DNA from: Utricularia gibba
Taxonomy: Eukaryota > Plantae > Magnoliophyta
DNA length: 64,000 nt
Assembly (NCBI GenBank): GCA_002189035.1
Contig: CM007991.1
Span: 3,782,001 to 3,846,000 of the forward strand
Direction of reading: 5' to 3'
The notes beneath the pieces are model-generated. The model had not been told where the DNA came from and searched no databases. It saw nothing but the letters and a program-made list of their open reading frames with translations. Below are positions 49,986 through 61,300 of the stretch, piece by piece. Made by a program: the position numbers and the translations under genes. How positions within the stretch are numbered: position 1 is the first letter of the stretch; the number at the start of each line of letters is the position of its first letter.

Positions 49986-51714
49986 TCATACGAGCTCGAT
50001 GAAGGCCATGGGAGCATTGTCTCCCCTGCGCGGCAGAGTTCTGATGATCCTCGTGTAGCCTCCTTCTCTGTCTCCGTACCTGTCCTGGACCTCAGCGAAG
50101 AGGGCGTGCACGATCTGCTTCTCGTAGATGAAGCCCAGGGCCTGTCTCCTCTTGTGCAGAGACCCGTCCTTGGCCAGCGTGATCATCTTGTCAACGTACT
50201 TCCTCATTGCACTGGCCCGTGCTCTTGTCGTCTTTATCCGCCCGTACTTGAGGAGCTGAGTGGTCAAGGACCGTAAGAGCGCTCGTCGTTGATCCGGGGG
50301 GCGGTTGAGCTTCGGCACCTTCCTTCCGTGCCTCATGGCTGAGACCCGGCCACCGTTGTCGATGCAGGGGAGGGTGAGGGAGCCGGAACCTGGAAAATCT
50401 GCAACCAGATCTAGGTGAGAACGAGCTGATGAGAGCTTCCACTCCCACGAAAAGAGATTACCGGGATATGTAAGAATAGACAGAGATGCTATTTCACCTT
50501 ACTGTGTAAGAACGCAGAAACCATGGCAAAGAGTGAAATCTAGATGAGAACAAACTGATACGCGGTTCCACAACTAGGATTAGAGTTTCCCATATCATGT
50601 AAGAACACACTGTATACTATTTCACCTTACTGTGTAAGAACACAGCAGTAACCATGGAAAAAAGTGAAAATCTTGTGGAACCAAATCTAGATGAGAACAA
50701 AGTGATAAGAGGTTCTACATCCACGAAAAGAGATTACCAGACGATGTAAGAATAGATAGAGGTACTATTTCACCTTACTGTGTAAGAACACAGCAACCAT
50801 GGCAAAGAGTGAAATCTAGATGAGAACAAACTGATACGAGGTTCCACACCTATGATTAGAGTTTACCATATCATGTAACAACACACTGTATACTATTTCA
50901 CCTTAGTGTGCAAGAACACAGCAACCATGGTGAGGTAAAATCTCGTGGAACTAAATCTAGGTGCGACTAAACTGATAAGTGCTTCCACGCCCACGAGAAG
51001 AGTTTACCAGACCATGTAAGAATAGACAGATACTATTTCACCTTACTGTGTAAGAACACAGCAACCATGGCGAAGTGAAATCTTGTGGAACCGAATCTAG
51101 GTGAGAACAAATTGATAAGAGGTTCCACACCTATGACTAGAGTTTCCTATACCATGCAAGAAGACAAAGAATACTATTTCACCCTACTATGAAGTATGTA
51201 AAAGAGCGAACACGGGTAAGTGTAATCATGTGTTTTTCTAAGCATATAGATCATGCTGCCTCCCCTTGTTTTATCTATGCAAAGACCCATGAATTGGGAC
51301 AACACAGTACCACGCAATACACAGGATAAACCCTGTCATGCCTACACTAGCAAATGGAACCACAAAGTCACTCACATTCAGCATTAATAGGCAGCAATCC
51401 TAACAAAATTAACCATCATAATCACAAATTAAGGGACTAGCTCCAAAAAAAAACATCACAACCAATTCAACATTGAGTAGAGAAGCTGGTCATTTCGAAA
51501 AAGAAGTAGAAATGCACAGCCACACCCTACCTCGATTTAAGCTCACGGTGTGCAAAGGGGCGAGACCCACGTAAGAATTAAGGGGCCTCGGGCCGCTCCT
51601 GAGCCCAGAAAACTTCAATCCAGAGGACGCCGGCCCCTGCCTGCAACAAACGGAGGTCCCGGTGTTTACCGAAGGGAGTGCCACTCGAAGAGCAGAAAGA
51701 TTCCAGGACGCCAT
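49986..51714 (-). CDS. RPL17: Plastid 50S ribosomal protein L17 with transit peptide, 2 exons (51531-51714, 49986-50398)
   Basis: [15 protein letters not shown]...SYVGLAP transit peptide joins in phase 1 to [31 protein letters not shown]...[12 protein letters not shown]. Confidence 0.95.
50408..51195. repeat. Intronic minisatellite: five full units (128, 148, 128, 140, 141 bp) plus partial units at both ends
   Basis: CTATTTCACC starts at 50489, 50617, 50765, 50893, 51033 and 51174. The five full units continue ..TTA.TGTG.AAGAAC.CAG..ACCATGG, ATCTAG.TG.GA and GTT..AC. Confidence 0.92.
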
Positions 51715-51901
51715 TGTTGCGGTTCTGGGTTAAGAGAAGGAACAGAAGAGGATAAGTTGCTCTAGATCCTTTTCATATTTTCCTGAATGCCCCGAAATTA
51801 TGATTTATTTAAAAAGCGCCCTCTCATTTCACGTTTTTTATCATTTGAGCACGCTTTAGTTCAGAAAGGAGTGAACATGGGCGGGGGGGAATGGAGGAAT
51901 G

Positions 51902-53513
51902 ATGTTAAAGATTCTGCCTTTTATTTCTTCTCCACGTTTTCTCTGTCCGGGCTATTCCGTGCGCCGCCGATTTGTCCGTGTCTTGCCCCCTTCTGGTGTT
52001 GTTCCGATCTGCGGGTCTTACTGTACGCGGGCAAGTGTTCGTTCTTGAGCTTCACACTGAAAACTCATTCACTATGCCGAATGACCGTTGTTCTTACATA
52101 AAAAAAATGCAGGTCCAAATGGAGTCTGAGAGTTATATGTTTGGTACTTACAAAATCGACCCTAAGGAAGTGTTTTATACCACTAGGCTTTCGTACGCTC
52201 TGGTCAATTTACGCCCGGTTGTTCCTGGTGCACATTTTTTCCATTTGATTCTGTTTCTTTCTTAAGTTCAGTGCTTGATTTTGTGGGGCTTGCGTTCGTG
52301 GAATTTCACATGCGTTTGATTGGAAAGTTAGTAGAGTCGGGTGACAAACCTTGATGTCCTAGATTAGTTTGGAGCCTGAATCTGGAATCTTGATTAATCA
52401 ATTTTCAAAACTTTTTGAAAGATGAAAAGGCCGGCATGTTGATTTTGCTTTAGAACCCCCATGACAATTTACAATGTGAAAACTTCTAGATCCGTATTTG
52501 TAGCATCAAAATTCCTTCTGACACAGCATATGTGCGATCTTCAGTGCAAGTGATACATGAATCAATTATCTTGAAGCATTTGTGGTTATTTTACCACATT
52601 CAAAGTGATATATGCTTTCCTAGTTTTTCCACACGCAAAGTGATTTTTTCCATGTTGTCCCGCATTATTCTAATGTCCTTGTTATCCTATTGCAGGTCAT
52701 ATCCTTTGCTCTTTTGACAACAGCATGCCCTGTTAGTGGCATGCTTTCTTATGTTATTTGGGTTGACGCTGGTAGCATTTATACTCTAAATTTTGTTTCC
52801 TGTGACGTGTAGCATGTAGCTCACTGAAGTAATCTTTGGCGAGTTTTTTGAGTTTGCATGTAATACTACAGCCGCAGCACTTGAAAAATTAGAGCTATAA
52901 AAGAGCATTTTCGATTTAGTGTGCACTGAACATGTCTGCTGTCTTTTTTGGTTGCCCTTGACGAAAATCTACATGTGCTTGTGTGCCCAAGACGTATTGT
53001 GAAGCGCGTTGCTGATCTCTCTGCTGATGAAGTAAGTGATTTATGGCTCACTGCGCAGCAGATCGGACGCCATCTTGAGTCGTACCATAAAGCATCTTCA
53101 CTTACATTTACCATCCAAGTAAGATTGAGCAAGCTTTTGATAATAGAAATCACAGATAATTCTCATGAAGCTTATTATGAATGCTGTTTCATTAGTTTAG
53201 TTTCGAATCCCTCTAACTTTAGTGTACCTCCAGGATGGGCCTCAGGCAGGTCAGACAGTACCCATGTTCACATCCACATCCTGCCACGCAAAACCGGTGA
53301 CTTTGAGAAGAATGATGAGATTTATGATGCTGTAAGATGATGCCTATGCAATCTTTTCTTCGGTTTAAACTCCTACCATGATAACCCTTTGGACAGATTG
53401 ATTTGAAGGAGGAAGAATTGAAGCAGAAGCTTGATCTGGACATTGAGAGGAAGGACAGGACCATGGAGGAGATGTGTGAAGAGGCAAGTGAATACAGGAA
53501 GCTCTTTTTGTAG
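51902..53513 (+). CDS. FHIT: FHIT-like bis(5'-adenosyl)-triphosphatase (HIT family); exons 51902-52030, 52113-52227, 52696-52698, 52973-53118, 53234-53331, 53397-53513; apparent 1-bp deletion at 53261-53263
   Basis: [52 protein letters not shown] and DLDIERKDRTMEEM. The exon between two phase-0 introns is 98 nt instead of 99. Confidence 0.92.
52696..52972 (+). other. 3-nt microexon (GTC, 52696-52698) followed by a U12 AT-AC intron (52699-52972)
   Basis: TTGCAG|GTC|ATATCCTTT ... CCCTTGAC(52955-52962)GAAAATCTAC|ATGTG restores P-G-H-V-L-V-C. Confidence 0.85.
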
Positions 53514-53985
53514 AGAAAATTGTATGAATCGTCAATGAGACTCTGTAAAATGCACTGATCAGTGACCATAGGTACAAGCAGCTTCTGCATAGTATTGTGT
53601 CACTGTTCATCTTATTTCATTTTCATACCAGTGCAATGGGATATGTAAACTACAACTAAAGCCAGTAGGTATTCATCATCTTATAGTCTCCACCCCGGCT
53701 AAAAGCATTCAGGCATCTCAACTCATCCCAGCGTTCGCGTGCAGCTGCACGAGCAACATCCCTGATACGGTAATCTGTGGGTGCATAAAGGTACCCGATA
53801 AAGTTGTCCAAAGAAGAACTACACAGTTCCATGGAGAAGTAGCTGTTCTGTCACCTCTCATAAGCTGCATTGCCTTCAGAACGTTGGTTTCTGGATTAAC
53901 ACAGCGTTGGTTTAGGATTTAGGAAAGTGAGAGGAAAGGTGGAGGTCCGCGTGACAGGTAGCAAGAGAAGATAATGAAGAGCAGC

Positions 53986-54092
53986 ATGACATTGAAGAGC
54001 AATCTGGAATTTGAAGCCGATGACGAAGCGTCGACCCCAAGATCTGCGCTCTTTGTCAGGAGGAACTCTGCGACCGCCGGCATCACAAGTGA
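53986..54092 (+). pseudogene. Truncated paralog of the adjacent RING-H2 gene
   Basis: ATGACATTGAAG...GAAGCCGATGA.GAAG aligns to 54746-54790; then, after a frameshift, DPKICALCQEELCDRRHHK* with no second half of the RING. Confidence 0.65.
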
Positions 54093-54487
54093 TGATTTCT
54101 CTGAACTTGTCTTGATGTCCTTTTTTGAAGTCCGTATGTCCAAATGAATGTCAATAGCTTTGTAGCATGGATCACTTTTGCATATAGATTTTTTTTCTAT
54201 TTTTTTATAAATAAATTCAGAATAGCATAAAAAAAAATCTGATCAAAGTCTCTCTTTTAAATATTATATTATATGATATTTTTAGGATATTATATTACAT
54301 GATTTTATTTCCTATGAGTAATGCTTCCTTATTTGCCTGCTAATCCGAATCTTTCCATATTTGACATCAACTGAGGCACCTGATCACTTCAAATACCTTG
54401 TTTCCTACGGCATCGGCCTTCACACCATCTCTTGTCTCAGAAGCTAGCATTTTTCTCTCCACTTATCCACCGGAGCCTCATTTTCCG

Positions 54488-54952
54488 ATGGATCGCCTCG
54501 CCCCTCCTTACGCGCCAGACTACAGGGGGTTCTTCTTCAACGGATTCGTGGAGGCGAACGGCCAAAGCTACCACACCGGGACCTGGGTTCCAGCATTGTT
54601 CCATCTGGATCACCTTTTTTCCTCCGAGGAACTCATTCTGGACGGCACAGTCGGCAACGTAGGCCGGGATAACTCGACTGGAGAGACACTGCTGAATGAG
54701 ACGGATGAACATCTGTACGAAGAAATGATCATTCCGGGCGTGACGATGACATTGAAGGGCGGTCATGAAGTCGAAGCCGATGATGAAGATGGGGAGCCGA
54801 ACGTCTGCGCCGTTTGCCTGGACGCCCTCCACGACGGCGGCTCCATGATCGGAGTTCTTGGGTGCCACCATCAGTATCATGCGATGTGCATCAAGAGATG
54901 GCTCGCGACGAAGAACTCTTGCCCTCTGTGCCGTTCTCCAGTAGAGATTTAA
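54488..54952 (+). CDS. RING-H2 E3 ubiquitin ligase-like protein, intronless, 154 aa
   Basis: C-x2-C-x15-C-x-H-x2-H-x2-C-x10-C-x2-C with CIKRWL..KNSCPLC. First in-frame ATG at 54488 (the ORF track starts at an upstream TTG). Confidence 0.8.
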   Translation: MDRLAPPYAPDYRGFFFNGFVEANGQSYHTGTWVPALFHLDHLFSSEELILDGTVGNVGRDNSTGETLLNETDEHLYEEMIIPGVTMTLKGGHEVEADDEDGEPNVCAVCLDALHDGGSMIGVLGCHHQYHAMCIKRWLATKNSCPLCRSPVEI

Positions 54953-55527
54953 GACCAAGAATACTTAGCTGGTTTGCAATGTCCCAAAATTCTCAAATTT
55001 AGAACGGTCAATGGAAAAATCATTTGAAATGTGTATGTTCTAAATTATTTTAAATTTCATTTCTATCAAAAATATATATTTTTTAATAAAATTTCAACAT
55101 ATCATTGATTTTATATAAGATTTGAACATACCGTTAATTTTAAATAAATGAACATAAATAATTTTTTCGTTAAATAAAATTAAATAAATAATCATAAACA
55201 TGTATGTTGATATTAATTCAATATCTAATAACCCTAAATACCTGTTTGGGAACCGGCGGATGGGTGAATCCAATAAATCAATAACAAAAGGATACACAGT
55301 ATGTGTAAACCAAGGAAAACAAACAGCCAAATATGCAGTCTCAGGGCCTCAGCCTCTAACTGATAATGTTTCCGAAGCAGCAGGTTACTTACTAGTACAC
55401 CAATGACATGCTACTGCTACTTATATCCAATGACAGAAGCACCTTGGTCCTCATGCTTTGTGACAAATACCTCGAATGAAAAAAAAAAACATGGAATGAA
55501 GACTGTGGTCTCTGGTTTGGGCTCTGT

Positions 55528-58034
55528 TTACTCTCCGACGGTTAGTCCGAATCCAAACTTGTAGTCCTTCTTCCCGTGATCAATCTGCATCACATAAACA
55601 GGCGTTTCAACAGGTACCGAATGAGATAAGGGAGAACACACGTCTGTGAATGAGAGTCCTGACCTCAGCAGAAAGAAGCAAGTTGAGACCCATGTTTAAT
55701 CGCTCTTCAAGGAAAGCACCAACAACTCCATGGGAATCAATTTTGCCTCTCAGACGACACTGCCATAGTTGTTTCGATGGACATGTGTGAGACGCCATCA
55801 ATCACAGATTGTAGTGACATAACCAACTAGCAACATGGCAAAGCATCAAGCTGGCAGGAATTACCTGTCTGAGGATGTAATCATATCCTACACTGGCTGT
55901 AACGTCCCTTGACATATAGTTGTACGTGAAATCAGTTGCTAGAGAAACCTAGGAATTATAGAACATTGGATTAAGGGACAGAGAGGAATGGAGTAGTTGT
56001 TTTTCAAAGCAACTCGACGTTTATTTACCTTCTCTGAAACTTTCTGAACATAGCTTAGGGCAACCATTCCAGTGCTCGCAACTTGCCCTGTTGCAACCTG
56101 CATCTCAGTGAATTTTCTACATTAGATTATTAAAACTGAGGGCATCATGCATATCTAAAATGCCAAAGGTAAACCATGAATAAGGAAGAAAATTAGATGT
56201 GGGTAAGAAAGAGCACACCATTTTGCTTGTGTTGTATCTTGCTGCATAACCAATGCCAGACTTCAGATGTTCTGCAGCCCAGAATACTTCACCACCCAAT
56301 GATAAGTGAGGACTCACACTCTAACATGAGGGAAATGGAGGATGACATAAGAAGTTCGCATTGAAGAAGCAATGTGTTCCACCATACAGAAGAGTGGAGG
56401 AATGTAAATTTCCTTCTTTATGCTTAGTAGCAACAACAACGTTTGTGATAGTGAAAACAATAAGAATACAAAAATAAGTTAATATAAAAGTTCTACTTGA
56501 AAGCACACAGGTGCAGAGAAGGATAGAACGTCATGTTCTGACAGTGAGGAAACAAAGAGGGTAGGCAAGGAAAATGCGCCTATGGAAGCCCAAGAAAATT
56601 GCATCAATTAAAAGATGGATTCATGAAAGCTTAACCACTAGTTTATTGAAAACAACATACTTCAAAGCAAACATTGCATGCATTACCTGAATATAACTGG
56701 CACCAATTAAACCACCATTTCCCAGTTGAAGTTGTGTTCTGTAATCTTTACCCTGCATATGTTCAAGATCCAAGTACGAGTACATTTGGGGAGTAAGTAC
56801 CGTTTACTCGAATACAGACATTCACAGTAGATTACAAAATACCTTGTATGCAGTGAACTGTAATTACCTTGTAATCGAAATTCCACAATCCATGTGACAT
56901 ATTTGGCTCAGATGTAAGCTACAACAAAAAATATGGTCATTTAAGTTGAGTTTACCAGCTGAGAATTGCTTCTGGCAGCATCCACATGCATGGTGATTCC
57001 AAAATTTCTGAGCTTACTTGAGCATTTGCCTTGAGAGTGAGATTTTCAGTCAAATCAACCTTCAGCCTTGCGTTTAATCTTCCATCTGTTAAAACTCGAC
57101 CTAAGAGCATCACCTGAAAAAAGAAAAGAAAAGCTTCCGAAATCAAAATAATGGATCTTTTCACAGCGACATTGGAATTTGAAATATCAGACACCTTCGG
57201 ATCTAGAAAGTTAGCACCAAACTCATACTGAGCAGTTGGGATTTTGATTATCTCAGATGATTGCGAAGGTATTTCAGATGGCCCCATCACAACACTAAAA
57301 AATATTTTCAACAAAAAGCCATCAGTGAAGCAGAATTCGAAAGAATATGACAATGGACATTATGGGAGCCACCTGTGGCTGAGAGAAAATCTTTGATTCA
57401 GCCCCTTGGTAAAATCAAAGCGCAGCCCCTCGAAGAGTTCTGGCTTTAAAGACACTGCCACCAACGAAAATAAGAGTCTAGCAAACATCCACAACCTTTT
57501 TTGCAGAAAGAATAAAGAGAATTGCTCCCTTAAACTAAGCTAAGTTCCAAAATTATCTCAATACGAGAAAGAAAAATGCCTATGAAGCCTGAGAACAACT
57601 GCTAAAGTTGTTTTTCTTAATTAATCAGCAAGGCGAGAATATAACTGCAAAAGAAACTAAAAATGTTTAACGATGGCAATACAGGATTGCCAAATTATTC
57701 TTCAGCGACTCCCCTGATATTACACGAACACTGTAGGAGTCAAAAAGCAATAGATGCACGAAAAACAACAGCTGGGTTTCGTAATTCTAAAAAATGCAAT
57801 CAATCAAATAAGCAGTGATCTACAGCACCCCCCGAATCGCATTGCTGGAGACCAACCTCCGGCACAACAAGACTCCACAATAAGTAAAAGAAAAATGTAG
57901 AATCACTAACTGAACGCTTCCCGATGAATCTCTTCATACGGTATGGGGCAAGGGAGATTCAAATAATCCACTTTCTGCTTCTCATCCGCCGGTGCAGCGG
58001 CGGTGTTAGGCGTTGGAGGAGCAAAAGCCGCCAT
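55528..58034 (-). CDS. TOM40: Mitochondrial import receptor subunit TOM40, 10 exons
   Basis: [46 protein letters not shown], ...[12 protein letters not shown]. All joins are GT-AG and in frame. Confidence 0.95.
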
Positions 58035-58340
58035 CTCTGCTATCCTACGGGGAAAAAAATCTAACAAAAAAGCACAAGATGAGGAAGAAGATCTTCCTCC
58101 TCAAGAGACTGGTAGCGGCTGAGAAACCTCCTCGCCTGATTCTGCTTAAACCCTGGCCCGCGTGACTCATTCGGATACCACCCCCCACCCGACCCGACCC
58201 GAACCCTACTTATTCTTTTTTAATTTTTTCACCGGTAAATATAAATATAAGAAAAAGAAGGTGAAAAATCCAATGCTTCCTCAATAGCACAAGAAGAGAA
58301 TAACAACAGGCTCCTTGTGTAACAGCAACTGCATCTAGCT

Positions 58341-61300
58341 TCAAGAACTAGTCGAAGTCCCCTGTTTCAGGATTCCAGCCATCTGAATTCCGGTGGAACC
58401 ATTCGTCGCCGCCACTCCGGGATTACTCGATACCTCGCCGCCGCCACCGGCCGCAGCCCCTTTGTTCCTCTTGGCCTTGTTGGCCCAGCCAAGAAGACCA
58501 ACTTGCACATGCTCATCAAATATTGATTTCTTGAAATGGGTTCCCATCTTCAAGTTGCAGTAGCAACGCATCAGATGAACAGAATACACAACAAGTTCTT
58601 CAAAAAAGTCGAATCGAAACACCAGTAGAACGAAGAGTGTTACCTGCGTCACCAGAGCATAGAGAGGCAATGTGCTGTAGCTGCATAGCACCTGGATGAA
58701 GACGCTGGAAGAGGTGGGAGAAGCCATCAAGACTGAAACTTTTTCATTGTAAATGAGCTTTTGCTTTAAAGGGAGAAGGGGCTTGCCTGATTATGAGCCT
58801 TGGAACGATGTATTTGACTCTCCCCATTATGCAGGAGTCGAAGCCATATTGAACCTAGGAGCAGCACAAGAAGGATTTAAGACAGAAGAAAGAACTGCAG
58901 CAAGATGAGGCCATGGACTCACCCAAATCCAGAAGAAGAATGCAATCTCAAAGGCGTTTTGGAAGAGGATGAAATGGATAAATATGAGGACAATGCGTGG
59001 CCGATGGAACCAGAAGTGGTCATCAGAGGGCTGTACCACCAGCTCGCCTTCTACAGCTATATGTTTCTCAGCAACCTCCTGAGCCAACTGGGTGATCACA
59101 TGCTCAAGCTTGGTGCCAACAGCGAGCATAAGCTGTGGAGGGGCGCTGAATCAGTGGAAAGCTTGGGTGAAATGTAATGTATGTGCATAGAAAGGTACCC
59201 ACAAGAAAAGGAATGAATGCGATCCAGAAATATGTATGCCAACCTGCGAGTACAGAAAGTAAACATTTTATCAGGATCCATCATCAACAAGCAGAAAATT
59301 CTGTAGATTCAAATCGAATGCATCTGATTTTGGGTCACTATGATAAATGAGCTTTACCGTTGACGTTTAACAGCAAGAAGATGACAACAAAGATCCATAA
59401 ATACCAGCTGCAGTACATGAAGCAATAGTGAGAAAAAAAAAACAAAGTTCAGGGAGCCAGAGCCCAGAAATAAATATGCTCCAATGAACATGGAAAGCAA
59501 GCTGGTTGTCACCACTGTGATAAACTGTTACCTTATGCCAACAACTTTCTTGAAGTCATCTTCAAGAGCTCGGATCATATACTTGTGGAAGTTAAATTTT
59601 GGGTTTCCACGGCAATGTGTCTGAAGAAATGGATTTTTGAGAAGAGCATGTTTCAGAATAGAAAAGGCTGGACAGTAAGGGTCTTTGACATACCATTATG
59701 AAGCCTAATCGGAGTGCTGTGTAATCTGTTTTGGTAACAGATGCATGGAATTGCTTGAAAAAAGAATGCTGAAAAGCACCAATCCAGAATTTTATATGCA
59801 GCAATAACCTTGAAGGTTACATTATAGATCGTTATGCTCAAAGGGCACTTCACACTTACCACCCATCCCAAAAATGCTGAATGTTTTCCAAATCCTGAAA
59901 ACCGCTTCTTGATGAATTCATGCTGATGAACATGAATGACCTTGTGTTTCAAAGCTGTAATGTTGGGATTCATGATTGAGCAGGCATGAGAAAGTTGCAT
60001 TCTTGGTTAATTTTTACTCTGCAGAGTAGAAAATAACATACCTTGCTGAGTATCAAAATTATCAGCTGCAATAGATTCCTCCCACTTCTTCCATTGCCGT
60101 ATCTAATATAAAAGGCAAAACATTAGAATCTAAAGTTGTTTTTGGTAAAAATGCTCAGATGTCGTACACCAATGTATACTGAAAAAAATAAAGGCAGAGA
60201 ACTGCACACCTTTGCACTCCCAAACACAATCGTTGTAACAGAGAACACCACATGGACAATCGCAAGAACAAATATGAAGATGTGTAGATGATGCAATCCT
60301 TCCAGTGATAACATTGGGACCTTATTCTGCAAAGAAGGAACAATTGGTAAGCCTTCGTATTGAAAATAAAAATGCTCATATCTGGTATGCTATGGCCGCA
60401 GCAGCATGATGCATATGGGATATATTGTACAGCATTCAGACATCAGAGGACACAAAAAATGTATAGATATCAGAGAGCTAGTTCATTTTTCTGACTAGAA
60501 GCCAAGACACTGAAAATTCATTGCAAATCCGTTCAAGTCAGACTACTTTGGATGCATCATTCTCAGCCCTTTGAGCAATGAATCTTGAGGTTTTCCCGAC
60601 AATGGAGGTGTCTAAATTGCTAAAGCAGCATGTTCAGTAATGAAGGCCAAGGTCCCTAGGTAACTCTAGCGTGATAAACATATTCAGCTCAAATAAGACC
60701 AAGTAAAGCTCACCCTCGCAGCACAGTATCCAACTCCGACAGCTCCTTCAGCGAGCAAGCGCCGGTGAGCACCCGCAGGAGCAGGATGAGATCCTTCAGC
60801 AGATGACTCGGGCGGCAATGAACATGGTAAAAGATGCTTCATAGCATCAGGAGGAACACAAATCTTGACTATACGGCCTTGAAATACAGTCAGCATGAGA
60901 GAAATGAAACCCAGCAGCATCAACTCTGTGAAGTTACAAATTTACGGTGAGACAAGCAGAAAACTTTACGGTTAGACCAAAGCATAAAATAGTCAAACTC
61001 CACTCAGTATACGCGGGTCTCTTGCTCAAGACTCAAACAGAGGAAAAAGCTAGTTAAAAGTGCCAAATAGTCGCAAATACCTTCTTTCACTTTCAGCAGG
61101 GCTTCATAGAGTGGCTTTTGGTGCTTCTTCTTCAGATACTACACACAACCAACAAATGAAAATACACAAGAAGGGACTTTTGCAAACGTAAAGCCGAGAT
61201 CTAAAGAAATCAATTGCCGTTTGTTCTAAATAAGAGACCTTTCCAGCAAAATGAAGTAACCGTTCCGCCCCAAGAGAAATCGCAACGATAACAGTGCAAA

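Noticed and set aside
50408-51195. CRISPR-like appearance (constant ~38 bp block with longer intervening sequence)
   Set aside because: The intervening sequences are homologous to each other, the array is in a eukaryotic intron, and there are no cas genes. It is a minisatellite.
50408-51195. Intronic snoRNA cluster in a ribosomal-protein gene
   Set aside because: No consistent RTGATGA/CTGA box pair or clear H/ACA architecture per unit on the sense strand. A snoRNA scan could revisit this.
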